Shown: positions 11,897 through 23,850 of the stretch, piece by piece | Layout: the number at the start of each line of letters is the position of its first letter | How positions within the stretch are numbered: the stretch's first letter is position 1 | DNA from: Anthoceros angustus | Lineage: Eukaryota > Plantae > Anthocerotophyta | NCBI GenBank assembly: GCA_010909165.1 | Contig: MU008164.1 | Location: 1,674,001-1,738,000, forward strand | Direction: 5' to 3' | Length of the DNA stretch: 64,000 nucleotides | Translations under genes and position numbers: made by a program | Notes under the pieces: generated by a model | What the model was told of the DNA's origin: nothing | What the model saw: the letters and a program-made list of their open reading frames with translations, nothing else | Database searches by the model: none

Positions 11897-13839
11897 TCAC
11901 ATAGTCCCCAACATTTGACTGTGAAAATGGTGTGCAGCATAAGCTGCATTGTATGCAACAGGTTCTCTATGGAAAGTCGACCGTCTATGAAGCTTAGAGA
12001 TCTTTTTATTTATTTGATCAAGAGTAAACTTTGCAATTTCTGTCTGCATTTTTAAATTGAAAAACTTTAGAATTACAATTCATGTGGTTTAAGATGTTAT
12101 TTAGAGTGAGCTTTCAAACCTTACGCCTCCAATTGTTTATTGTGCGATTTAATTCCTGAAATTTTATTTTAGCATGCATGTATTCAAGAACATGAGGTTG
12201 GCCCACACCATGTATTTCTTGTATAATAAGTTGATGTAATTCTTCTTGAAGTCTTTCCTAAAATTAAAGAACATATCTTCACACCCATACTCAAACTATT
12301 GTCAATCAAGAAACAGGAAAAGGATAACTCACACACCGAAAGACAAAGTGCAAACTACACTTACTAATGCGATTGTGTTATTTCTGACATCCAGTTTAAC
12401 ATCTTCCAAACGAGGACGACGATCTGCAATAGTGTGCCTAATCCTAATCACCTCACTATCTAACCTTGAGAGTTCGTTCTTTAAATTTAATAAAGTCTAC
12501 AAATTCCACGTACCATCACAATAAAATATGAGTACAGCAAAGACTATCTAGATATGTTATGCAACAGTATGAGTAATCAATTTTCTAAGGAACTTTAGCT
12601 ACTGCACCTTTGAACTCGTAGCAAGAATCAATTTACGATGTTGGATTTCAGCTACACAACCTCTAAGGCTATGCAAAACTTGCTTGTTAAGAATAGCCAT
12701 CTGATCAAAGTCAATCGGTTGGATAAGATCTTTAATATCTTGTTTGTCTTCTAGAGAACTTTCGGTCTTCACAATATCATGTTGCAATGCTTCATTGTGT
12801 TCCTTTGTTTTCTTTGAAGAAATCCTTGTATCTTTCATCTTCCTTTCTAAAAATCTATATTATCAATATAAATAGTGTTATGCATCTTCATTGGCATTGG
12901 GAAGTGGATTGAAGGTGAAGTATAATGAACCTTTGCGAAATCAATATTGAACTACTACCTTACAACATTTTCTGCAATTGCTTTTCCAAAGGGGCTCGGT
13001 GTAAGCACATCTCGTTGAAAATCAGCTCTGTCTCTTCGTGCCCTTGCAATTCTGATATTAGCTTCTTTGTAAAGAGCTTGCAAATCATCAAATGTTCTGT
13101 TGTTATCATTTTTCAGAGTTCGTAGTTGGTCATTGAGAATTCTTATTTCGGCTCTTGCCATCTGAATCTTTTCCTCATTTGTCATAGGCTGAAAAGGTTT
13201 TTCTTGCACCTCTTTGGTGCTAGATCTTGAAAATCCTCTACTTATTCTAGAAAAGTCTGTGATACTGAAGGACGGGCTTCTAAACTTAAGATTGGACCTT
13301 TTTACACCTTCTAGAGCTAGGTCCCCCATACTGCTTCTTGCTCCTCTGCTTTTGTTTGTAGATCTACTATATATAGATACAGAATCTAAATCTGTCATGG
13401 TGTACCCGTCATCTGAATCCATATCGTCTAGACGTAGACGAGCTTCGTGAGCCGCTCGTGCCGAGACACGCTGAGACAATTGTGCTCTTATTTCAATATC
13501 TCATGCAAAATATACCTCTTACAACACATGACCAGCTCCCACATTATATGATGAGCACTCCATATGCGAAGATAGATATCTCACCATGATGTGCTGCTTG
13601 AAGAGCTCATTTTCTATTTGAATGAATTTGTTTTCTTGCTGGGTTTGTGCCAGAAGCACTTTGGGGTCGGTTTTCTTGGGCTTTTTGGGCTCAGGTTTGA
13701 AAAAATCCTCAGAGGAATCCGCGGCAGTGAGGCGTACCGTGAAGTCCAACTCACTCTCCGGGGCGAAGCTGCCGGACCTGTGAGACGACAATGGTGTGGC
13801 AACCGATTCCTCCGACTCTTCTGCTTCCTTCATCTTCAT
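11897..13839 (-). CDS. CCDC113: CCDC113-like (DUF4201) ciliary coiled-coil protein; exons approx. 13839-13585, 13470-12959, 12854-12608, 12496-12365, 12257-12120, 12043-11897
   Basis: Spliced protein has ENELFKQH, MTNEEKIQMARAE, FQRDV...GKAIAENVVR, IDFDQMAI, PHVLEYM...WRRK-TEIA, colinear with recalled CCDC113 motifs (EMFEKY, LTADQKL, VDFQQLKIEN, PQVMTY...WERKVEIAE). Confidence 0.8.
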
Positions 13840-14159
13840 GCTTGCTCACACTCCGCTCCGACGGCAATCTCAGGTGTTCGAGAATTTCGCTTTGCCTTCC
13901 GCAGAAAGAGGCCGTTGTTTGCTCACCCCTTGCAACCAAACCGACCCCTAGAAGGAAGGACACAAACCCTAATGCCCATCAAAACTAGTAGTGCAAAGAT
14001 AGGGCTAAACGTGTAGATCGGTATCGTATCGAACATATGTCGTGGATCGAAAATACATACGGATCACCACAAGGATAGGTTGCTACGCAATATCCAGGAC
14101 AGCAGACCTTCATTCCCGCAACAACCAGTTGCTCCTCGAAGTCAGGTTTTTAGGGACTG

Positions 14160-15125
14160 TGCATACAACGTCGGCGTTCCTCCTCCCATCACATCTGGAC
14201 AACCGTCAACATCTCTCTACGGTGACATCTTCAGAGGTCAGGAGACGAAGGATCATGTCCACATGCTTGCCCCTCAAAAGCTGCAAGACCCACAGGATGC
14301 TTTTCTCCATTTCTCCACACAGGTCAAACCTCTTGACAGAGCCCTTGCTGTGCATATCCAGCAACCAGGTATTCCATGTCCTCACCTATTTTGAGTCCAT
14401 ACTGCCAATGACCTAGCGTGCATTTTCCAGTTCGCCACATTTGGCCTCCATGCCCACCAGCTTGTCATTTTCTAGCTGCCCTCTTTCTACAATCTGTGAG
14501 TGCAGCTGCCTGGCCTCTTGCAAGGCACCTGTGCTTCTACAGGCCTTGAAAAGGCAAGCAAAAGTAACCGCGAGAGCCAAAACCAGGGTGCTCCTACTTC
14601 CTTTGAGGCCAGACAGTCGAACACCTGGCGTGCATCTTGCAGTTCCCCACATTTTGCATACATGTCCACCAGGCAGTTGCCGACCAGATTGTCACTTTGT
14701 AGCTGTCCTGTTTCCACAATTTGCAAGTGCAGCTGCCTGCCCTTCATCACATACATATGCACTGTGGCTCAAAAGTAGTGGCCCAGAGTTTCTGCTCACT
14801 CCGGTTTCTGGCATTGTGTAATTGCAGCCCTTTTGAGGCATGCTACCTGGTAGTGTGCGATTGTAAATTGAAGATTGAGTAGACTAGAACGCTTATGGGC
14901 GGGAATGATTAAAACTTCTCTGTCAAGGACTGTGAGGCACCATCTCGAATCCGAATGTGTACAGTGTGAGAATCATTTCCTACCACTAGACTAAACCGCC
15001 AGAGGTAGGATGGCCAACATCCGGCTTGCATTTAGCAGTTCCCCACATTTTGCATACATGTCCACCAGGCAGTTGCCCACCACAATGTCACTTAATGGCT
15101 GTCCTCTTTCCACAATTTGTAAGTG
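14160..15125 (-). pseudogene. Degenerate PLS-class PPR fragments
   Basis: LHSQIVERGQLENDKLVG..AKCGELENAR; LVGNCLVDMYAKCGELQDARQVFD; stops and frameshifts; module recurs at ~28560-28960, 30560-31460 and (inverted) 54510-55140. Confidence 0.75.
14896..15000 (-). tRNA. Degenerate tRNA-Pro-like sequence (pseudo-tRNA or SINE head)
   Basis: GGCGGTTTAGTCTAGTGGTA(GGAA)ATGATTCTC resembles the plant tRNA-Pro 5' half GGGCGTTTGGTCTAGTGGTATGATTCTCGC; later CGAGATGGT and terminal CCGCC; anticodon and T arms not intact. Confidence 0.3.
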
Positions 15126-15427
15126 AGAACCTGAGAATCACCAATATGTCGCCTACTACCCACCACTTTCCTCAAACTTTGCACATGCAGTGAATGGCAG
15201 TCTTCAGCTGTCTATGCTGGAAGTCGTGTTCCGACATAGAATTGGCTAGAAGAAAGCGCACCTGATGCATCCCGTTTGACGCCAAGCATATCAATTGTGG
15301 GGTCAGGTGATTGTAAGGTAAGCACAACCGAAAGCGCGGACAGTCAAGGCAGAATACAGCACAGCATGGACCAGGAGCCCTTCACAATGTGATGCCAACA
15401 AACAAGGGGAAGGGCGTGAATACATAC

Positions 15428-15878
15428 GGAGCAGACGGTGTGAAAGTGGAGGGAGCTTTCGTAGGAGTTGGCTGAAACAGAACAGTTAGCGCCATAACAG
15501 GACTCGTTGCATTTGGGGCCCATCATGCCATTGCTATCCTTGACCCCTTGCTAGCTCTTTCTGGCTGGCGATCTGCGTCGGGTTTGTTCCTCGGTATTCT
15601 TGCCGGATGGAAGACCACGGTGGAAAACTCTTGCTATCCGGAAGGGCCGATGGGGCCATAATCGTGTGAGGATACAAGCCCTTGCAAAGGAAGTGGAGGC
15701 GAGCTTGTGAGCTGGGAAAAGCTCATGGCGAGGCAGTCACTTGCATTTCTGGCTATGTTCTGTCTGCTTGCGAGGCTTTGAAAGCCTCCAGCTTATCGGA
15801 TGGAGCCGTGCCAGTCTGGATGCTGGTACGGTCTCCAGAATGCTCTCTGTCTTTGCGTCAGAGTATTAGAGTTGGATG
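15428..15878 (+). pseudogene. ELP2: 5' fragment of Elongator subunit ELP2 (WD40)
   Basis: GADGVKVEGAFVGVG*NR...GLVAFGAHHAIAI...LLLSGRADG...KWRRACELGKAHGEAVTCISGY...SDGAV matches recalled ELP2 N-terminus (FIGAGCNR, GLVSFGA, LLSGDSDG, HKKGVTCI, SSDG). Confidence 0.75.
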
Positions 15879-16075
15879 AACACAGGAACCTTGTTGGGTC
15901 ATACAATGTACTTTACTCTTCACTCTGATCTGCGTTTGTGCCCGCACTTGGTGGGATACAACACTCTCGACAATACATGGAGTCTCATTTGCGACCACGT
16001 GCCTACCTTCTACTTCGGTGTGTGCCATCTCTTCCGACCGGATGATGTTCATGTTTCGATGTTCGTGGCTAGAGA
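15872..16075 (+). pseudogene. C-terminal fragment of the local F-box family fused to the ELP2 fragment
   Basis: TLLGHTMYFT...LCPHLVGYNTLDNTWS...LFRPDD, homologous to 17730-17925; junction at TTGGATG. Confidence 0.75.
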
Positions 16076-16341
16076 GGATGGCATGGAGCACATCCAGATG
16101 TAGGGATCTTAGTAGGTGAGACAAGACTCGTTTCGATTAGGTCGCAACTTCTGCAATGGAAATCGCAGTCACACGGGTTCAAAATGACAATCGTTCCCGC
16201 CAGAACTGGGACTTTCCCGGACTGAGTCGGAGTCCGCCAGGGCTGAGGGGAATTGTCTTCCGCATGGATCTGTGCTACGAATGTGAGGGGTGCAGCAGAG
16301 GGTGAGACTCGTCCTACTCTTTTCTGAAGAGCACGTCTCTC

Positions 16342-17925
16342 GTGGAGGCTGCCAAGAACCAAGCAAAAGTCAGCAGACACAAGAGCTGCTCAATTTGCGG
16401 AATATGGATCGGGAAACCCCATTTCATGCTTCATGTCTTGCAAGGTCGGTTGGAGGAACCGTTGGATCCTCACAGCTCCGAGATGAAGCCTTGTTTGTGC
16501 AGCAATCTGCCCCAGGAATGTCTGGAGATGATTCTGGCCAGGCTGCCATTGGGCAGCCGCGTTCGGTTCTCCATCGTCTGCAAGACCTGGCAGTCCCTCT
16601 TGGCGTCCTCAGATTTCAAGCGCTTGTGTGATTCCGTGGAGCCTCCACCTGCACCTCCGGTCTGCAGCATACGAGCCTGGCAAGCTGGCTCCTTGCAAGC
16701 CGCGCGCTTAAAGGCCGTCTGAAATACAGAGGTTCTCAAGGTTGGCTTGTCCTGTCTGCCCTCCGAATTCCAGGCTTTCTATTCGTCAGACTACGTTGTG
16801 CAGGACGTGTTGGTTTGCATCTTCAAGAGTGACATACAGAAGCCTGAAGAACTTGAGGTTGAAACTCATCCTCTCCAGATGCCTGTATACATGCAGATGG
16901 CGCTGGGGTGGGGAATGGGGATGGGGATGGGGATGAGGATGATGAGGGAAAGGAAGAGGAGGAAGAGTGAGAGGGATGGGCATGGGCATGTGGATGGGGA
17001 TGTGGACGGGGATGATGACGATGAAGAAGAGGAGAACGAGGAGGAGGAGCAGGATAAGGAGGACTAGGACGAGGGTGAGAAGGAGGACGAGTTGTATTTG
17101 ACTGCAGGGGATAAGTACTATCGGGAGAGAAGGATGATGGTTCATTCTACCTGTATGATGGACCTGTGGCAGGCAGTAGAGTAGGTATTAGTTTCTGGGT
17201 TGCCAATCCTATTATGAGGGCATTCAAAGTGCTGCCACCGGAGTTTGGCAAGGAAGATAAGTTTCATGGTCACCATACCAACTGTAAGCATCTACAGGTC
17301 CGAGGATAATAGCTGGAAAGCAACAGCCATGGCTTATCAGCCACTCTTTGTGTCCGCCAGGTTATCCCACGACGCAAGCTACTGGCCTTAGTATGCCTTG
17401 TGCAATGGTGAAGTGTGGAGATTAGGGCTTAACAACTATGTCAACAACCACACTCTCAGAAGCTTTGAAAGGGACCGGGATAACGAAAGTTTTGACGAGG
17501 ATGATGATACCCCGCCTAGACTTATCTGCAGTGTCTTTGCGTGGCGGGGGAGAATTTCCCGCCTTGAACGAGACTACGAGCAGTACGAGACGGATTTTGG
17601 GGTTCGGGAGATGGCAATACAAAGGCACTTAGAGATCTGGCGGAAGGTATCGTTTCTGCCTGAGCATTTGGAGGAAATGCTCTTGAAAGCTGTGAGTTGG
17701 TCGATGGAGAGGGAGCAGAAGATCACCTTGGATGGAGCAACCTTGTTGGGTGATCCAATGTCCTTCACCATTGATACTGGCAATAAGCACGACCGTAACT
17801 TGTGCACGCACTTGGTGGGGTACAACATTATCGACAATACATGGAGTGTCATTTCCAAAGCCGCGCATATCTTCATCTGGAACAATTCGTACGATCTCTT
17901 CCGACCGAACGATGGCGGTGTTTGA
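16342..17925 (+). pseudogene. F-box protein pseudogene with acidic insert
   Basis: SNLPQECLEMILARLPLGSRVRFSIVCKTWQSLL (F-box), FWVANP, YRSEDNSWK, C-terminal LVGYNIIDNTWS; in-frame stops and frameshifts. Confidence 0.8.
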
Positions 17926-18416
17926 CAGGTTTCCAGGTTCGAATGTGTCGAGTGTGCATTCAAGCAGTTAAGTACCTGCTGTTGGAAGCACTATCCAAGG
18001 TCGTAGTTGAGTTCAATGGGTGGAACCTCAGACTGTAGAGAAGTAGCCGAAAGTGTCCAGAAGGCTGCCCAGCCTTCTTGTGCAAAAAGGTCTGAAGCAA
18101 ACATGGTCGAGAACTGAGAAGTTCAAGAATACTACCTATCCTCCACTTTCCTTAAACTTTGCATATTCAAGTGAAAGGGAGGCTCCAGCTGCCTATGCTG
18201 GAAGTCGTGTTCCAAGCTTCCAATAGAATTTTCCAGAAGAAAGTGCATGTGATGCGTCCTGTTTGAAGCCAAGAAGCCAAGCATATCACGTGTTGGGTGT
18301 CAAGTGACGGTAAGCACAACTCAGAGCGCCGTCAACCAAGGCGGAATACAACACACAACGGACCAGGAGCCCTTCGCAAGATGACACGCCAACATGGTTT
18401 CAAAGGGCGTGAAGGG

Positions 18417-18955
18417 ATGCATTCCAAGTTTAGTGCAGATGGTGTGCAAGTGGAGGGAGCTTTTATAAGAATTGGCATGACCATGATTTGGTGATCTGCG
18501 TCGAGTGGCTTCCTGGGTACTCTTATCCGATCGAGGAACTGGTGAAATATTCTTGCTATCCGGAAGCGCCTATGTGTGGGGACACGAGCCCCTGGAAAGG
18601 AAGCGTAGACGAGCTTGTGAGCTGGATAAAGTTTATGACAAGGCAGTCACTTGCATTTCTGGCTATATGCTTTCTTCTGCCGAGGTTTTGATAGCCTTTA
18701 GCTCATCGGATGGAGCTGTGCGAGTGCGAGTCGGGATGCTGGTACGGTTTCCAGAATGCACTCTGTCTTTGCTTCAGAGTATTAGAATTGGTTCCCAATC
18801 AACTGTGGGTGAGGCACTTGTGGTTCTTGTTGGTAGCGAAGGACATCTGTGCGAGGACTGGACAGCCAGGTGCATTTATAAGTTGGTAAAACAGATGAAG
18901 TATTTTCTTGCGAGCTGAAGGACATCAGGATTCGATTGGGGGCCTTGAGTTTTCT
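18417..18955 (+). pseudogene. ELP2: 5' fragment of ELP2 (second copy, longest)
   Basis: MHSKFSADGVQVEGAFIRIG...IFLLSGSA...KAVTCISGYMLSSAEVLIAFSSSDGAVRV...CELKGHQD; frameshifted. Confidence 0.78.
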
Positions 18956-19501
18956 TTCGCCATTGCAGAGGAAGAGGGCAGTGCTCTTTATCTTGCCAAT
19001 TGTGCATAGGACGAGTATATGAGAAATTTGGAAGATTGTCCCCACGGATCAATCGTCCAAATTCTTAGTTTGATGGATGCACATTATGTTTATGATTGAG
19101 GGTCGTTTCAGTTCCAAGAGCATTTCTTTTCTAAAGACGGGAGAGGTTTTTTTGTGTGGATTTAACTCAGAGTAGCCGGGCAGAGTTTTTTACTGTTGCT
19201 TTGCACAGTGGGGATGGGTAGCACTTCATCCCAGCAATGATCCGACTCAAGAATGCTTCAGTGTGGAATTCCAATGAACCCACTTGAATGTGGAGTTCCA
19301 ATGGACCCACGCCTTCATGAGTGCATGCCAGTCATGAAGGGAGGACAGAGACGGGAAAATGCTCTTGCACTTTGGTCTTGGTCTTGCACTTTGGTCTTGG
19401 CTCACAGCAACCACAAACTCATGAATGGTAGCCCAGGCTGCAGGTCAACAATTGGAGCAAAATGTCTATAGGCACCATCTGAGGTTAGCAGGATCCTTGT
19501 A

Positions 19502-19625
19502 AACCGATGTCTTTCTAGTGATGTAGAGAGCCAACCGATGTCTTTCCAGTGATGTCGAGAGCCAACCGATGTCTTTCCAGTGATGTAGAGAGTCAACCGA
19601 TGTCTTTCTGGTGATGTAGAGAGCT
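19502..19625. repeat. 31-bp tandem repeat, ~4 copies
   Basis: CCGATG starts at 19504, 19535, 19566, 19597; unit aaccgatgtctttccagtgatgtagagagcc. Confidence 0.9.
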
Positions 19626-19889
19626 ACGTTATGTCTTTCAATCATACCCAGATTTGGACTCGTGATAAATCTGGATAAGGAGCGAGGCACAATTACCACC
19701 AAGTCGGTGAAGGAGACGATAAGGACAATAGAGCAGCGGAAAGAGTAGTACAAAGGAAAGTATGACGGGCTGCTGAAAGAGAAACAAAAATAGGAAAGTG
19801 TGGCAAGGGTCATAGGGATAGCGGACGGAGTAAGTCCAATCTCTGTCACCTTCCAAGAACAAATTCAAATTATGCAGTTGTTTGGTTTG

Positions 19890-20265
19890 TCAGTTTTCCG
19901 ACTATGAACACAAGTCCATCAATTGGTTCATCAGTTTTCCGACTATGAACACAATTCCATCAATTGGTTCATCAGTTTTCCAACTATGAACACAAGTCCA
20001 TCAATTGGTTCATCAGTTTTCCGACTATGAACACAAGTCCATCAATTGGTTCATCAGTTTTACGACTATGAACACATTCAAGTCCATCAATTGGTTCATC
20101 AGTTTTTCGACTATGAACACATTCAAGTCCATCAATTGGTTCATCAGTTTTCCGACTATGAACACAAGTCAATCAATATATGTTTGCAGACTGAGTCTTG
20201 TCAAATTGTGCGGTTGTTTGGTTCGTCACTTTTCCGACTATGAACACAAGTCCATCAATATATGT
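19890..20265. repeat. 41-bp minisatellite (~7 copies, two with a 4-bp insert) plus a detached copy
   Basis: Unit tcagttttccgactatgaacacaagtccatcaattggttca; no unique spacers. Confidence 0.9.
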
Positions 20266-20457
20266 TTCCAGACTAATTCTTGTCGTTGTCCTATGCGCGA
20301 CTTGGCAAGATAAGGGCAATGCCCTCCGCGAGATATATGCTTCGCGCACAACAAGATAAGGGCAATGACCTCGTGAGATATATGGTTTCTAGCTCCTAAA
20401 CCCCAAAATCCATCATCTTCTTCTATAAGTCTTGTTCAAGGCGTAAAATGCTCCCCG

Positions 20458-20561
20458 CCACACCCCACACCCCACACCCCACCCCACACCCCACACACCC
20501 CACACACCCCACACCCCACCCCACACACCCCACACCCCACCCCACACCCCACACCCCACAC
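20458..20561. repeat. (CCCCACA/CACCCC)n low-complexity tract
   Basis: Direct reading. Confidence 0.9.
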
Positions 20562-20699
20562 CTATGACTAGCCTTCTTCATCACCAGTGGTAGGTAGGCC
20601 CATCATCATCCCTGATCATGATATCATTGGTACAGGAGGTAGTTACGGGAAAGGTATTCGAGGGGCCTAGGACTTCCCCTTTTACCCTTAGCCCTTTTT

Positions 20700-21700
20700 G
20701 GATTGTTCCTCCTTGGACTTTAGGGGTAGATAGGATTTCTCATCTCGTCTATTAATAACGTCTACTTTATTCAGTACACCTAGGTGGGCTTCGCCTTTAC
20801 CTAGTCCTCATCTTTGAATCCTATTGGTCTATTGACTTGCCCTTTACTCTTGAGCTTTCTAGAAGATATTCTCTAGAAATACATGAGTCTCTAGAAGGTA
20901 TACAAGTTTGTTGTTTGTTATTTTTAGGGCACTCCTCATAACCTATGTTTAGGGCACTCCTCATTACTTGTGTTTAGGGCACTCCTCATAACCTGTGTTT
21001 AGGGCACTCCTCATAACTTGTTTTTAGGGCACTATTCATAACATATTTTGATATTTTATAATAAATCCTTTCTAATACTCTCACTCAACATATCAAAATT
21101 ATTCCCTTAGGCCTAGCATCTTACTAAATCTAGCATGTTTGTCTAAAGTCAAGCCTTTGGTCAAAATATTTGCCGGCATGTCTCCTATTGGACAATACTC
21201 TAGCTTCACTTTCTTTGACTTGACCTTCTCTCTTACAAAGTTATGTTTCACTTCGATGTGCTTGGTTCTAGCGTGAAAAGTTGCATTCTTGGCTAAGAAG
21301 ATGCAACCTTGATTGTCGTTGAAGATTGTTGTTGCTTTCTTTTGCTTGAATCCCATCTCCTCTAACAAGTCACGCAACCATATTGCCTCCATGATTGCAG
21401 AGCATGTTGCCATATATTCTGCTTCGGTGGAGGAACAAGCCGCAGTAGGTTGTCTCCTACTATTTCAAGAATTGGCTCCCCATTCAACATAAATGTATAT
21501 CTAGTGGTAGACTTGCGACTATCAACATCTCCTACCGAGTTTGAATCACAATATCTTACCGCTCGGACTTCATGCTATGCTCTTGTTGATACACCAAATT
21601 CTAATGCTTTATACCACTCAAATACCTCATTATCCTCTTTACAGCAATATACCGTCCCACACACTCTGCCCAAAATTCCTTAGCCCAGAATATACTCGAA
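20700..21700 (-). mobile_element. Ty1/Copia 3' relic: integrase remnant, RT C-terminus/RNase H, PPT and probable 3' LTR (starts ~21077, far end uncertain)
   Basis: KEFWAECV, AVKRIMRYL, CDS...GDVDSRKSTT, SSTEAEYMA, IWLRDLL, DNQGCI, HARTKHIEVK, NILTKGL; purine tract tgagtgagag then TATTAG. Confidence 0.8.
20923..21042. repeat. 25-bp tandem repeat x5 inside the putative Copia LTR, each unit starting TTTAGGG
   Basis: TTTAGGGCAC at 20923, 20948, 20973, 20998, 21023. Confidence 0.9.
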
Positions 21701-21704
21701 CCAT

Positions 21705-23430
21705 CCCTGAGAATTCAAGATGTTTGCTCAAGCTCTCCCATTCACCAGAGATTTTTGGGCCGAAGCCGTCTCTACAGGCCTGCTACATTAAGAACCGACT
21801 CCGTTCCAAAGATCTCCCTCCAAACACTCCTTATGAGCGCTGGCATGGCATCACACCAGGTGTATCTCATCTTCGCATCTTCGGAAATATTGCCATATTT
21901 CATACAACATCCGTAAGAAATGGGACGACGAGGCTCGGAAGCTTACCTTCATCCGCTATTCAGATGTGAAAGGGTACAAGCTCGTCGACCTCTCTATACA
22001 TGAAGTTGTTTATTCACGCAGTGTCCGGTTTTATGATCAGGGCTTGTTCTCCTCTACCATCCCACCCCCGGACCTGCCCAACGACACCGACTCTTTTTAC
22101 CTTCCTCTTGATCTTGAAGGGGCCGAGTATCTATCCATGCACCTGCACCTGCCCCTGCACTAGATACTCAAGATCAAGCGGTTCATGCACCTGCACCTGC
22201 ACCCAACACTCAAGCTCACGCAGATCCTCCTCTAGATCCACCTCCTGGCCCTATCCCTCCTAGCAGTCGTAGGTCCACCAGGATTCGCAGGCCCCCATCT
22301 TCGTTAGAAGCCTACCATTAACCCTCCAGTTCACACTCCTCGGCCACCCAGGCTGACCATCAGACGTTCCTGATGGAAACTTCAGGCGTTCCTCGGCCAC
22401 CTAGGCCTCTGTATGCTGGCCTCCCTCGAGATTACCCCTACTATATCTGTATGCTGGCCTCCCTTGAGTGTGGTCTCTGCACGAGATTACCCCTACTGTA
22501 TCTGTATCTCAACCTATTGCCACATCTCAAACATACCAGAAGCCCTCAATTTCCCACAAGCAGCAGAGTAGCAAGTAGCCATAGACTCGGAATATAAATC
22601 TCTCCTGACAATAAAACATGGGAACTCACCACTCTACCACCTGGTAGGAAAGCCATCACCTGTAAATGGACTTTCAAGCTCAAACTTCACCTCGATGGCT
22701 CTGTAGCAAGGTACAAGACTCGGCTGGTAGCACGAGGCTTCAACCAAGTACCAGGTTTTGATTACCAGGCCGACAACCTCGACAGCCCGGTGGTGAAGGC
22801 CACCTCTATTCGGATAATCATGTCATTCGCAGCTCAACACGGGCTCACCATGCATCAGATGGATGTGCGGACTGCATTCCTCAGCGGCCAGCTGCACGAA
22901 ACCATATACTTGCATCAGCCAGAAGGATTCGTCATCCATAAGGACTTGGTCTGTAAGTTGCTCAAAACACTCTACGGTAGTAGAGTGTTTTGAGTAGTCC
23001 GCTAAAGCCCGAAATGACTGCATCCATGATTTCTTACTTTCATGCGGCTTTAAATTCAGCAGCGACTTTCAGCAGGAAAAGGCACAAATTTGTGCCTTTT
23101 CCTGCTGACGGAAATGTGTATATGCTGCAAGAGGGCAACAGCAAGGTGTTAGTAGATCTATATGTGGACACTAATTTCTTGTTCGGAAATGACCCATTGC
23201 TCATAGACAAGGTGAAGCATCTTCCATCTAATCAGTTTGATATGGCCCATGTCGGGCCTTTGCGCTTCGCCCTAGGGATCCAGTTCCTCACCAACTCTGC
23301 GGCAAATGATCACTCCATCTTCATACATCAGCAGCACTATGTGCACCAGTTATTGGAACGATTTAACCTATCAGAAGCAAGACCATGTGCCACCCCTGTG
23401 GCCTCCAGTGACAAGATACGAATGTCTGCT
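21705..23430 (+). mobile_element. Ty1/Copia internal relic (integrase C-terminus to RT), opposite orientation to the previous relic
   Basis: DFWAEAVST.CYIKNR, TPYERWHG...HLRIFG, WEL..LPPGRKAITCKW, RLVARGFNQVPGFDY, HQMDVRTAFLSG, LYVD; many disablements. Confidence 0.88.
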
Positions 23431-23659
23431 TTCTGTTGGCCATGATCAAACTGCTGGAGCATTTGCTTCAAGGTGGAATAGAATTAAATCGAAACGGTGC
23501 CATCAACCTCATGTTGGTAGAGGACAGCCTTTTTCTGACCAAACCGCTTCCTAAGGAGAAAAACAGTTTAGGAAAAGCAATCAATCACATAGACGGCTCA
23601 CGTCTAAGTAGCCATAGCCGCAGCCTCGAGCAGGCGCACAGTACCGGCATCGGAACCGA

Positions 23660-23850
23660 AAGTCTGCCGGCATGGCGGCAAACAGGACCTGGGCGGCCCC
23701 CTGCACCTCCGAGGTCTGGCTGATGAGCGCGGTCAAGGCCAGGGTCGGAAGGATCCCCCTGTTGTTCTGGAAGTGCAGGAGGTCCCAGGGAAACACGAAC
23801 AGGTCGCCTGCAATCAGCGTCTCCCGGAACAAGGTTTCAGCTTGACTTGT
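23660..23850 (-). pseudogene. Germin-like protein C-terminal fragment
   Basis: LFRETLIAGDLFVFPWDLLHFQNNRG...ALISQ...LF resembles germin box 2 (GD.FVFP.GL.HFQ.N.G). Confidence 0.75.

Noticed and set aside
16385-16435. Possible zinc finger (CSICGIWIGKPHFMLH) before the F-box
   Set aside because: The second His is not conserved in the 57.8-kb copy and the true start codon is unclear.
19890-20265. CRISPR-like appearance of the 41-bp repeats (also considered for 42467-43005)
   Set aside because: The 41-bp units are contiguous with no unique spacers. The 42.5-kb motif is too short and degenerate, the context is eukaryotic and there are no cas genes.
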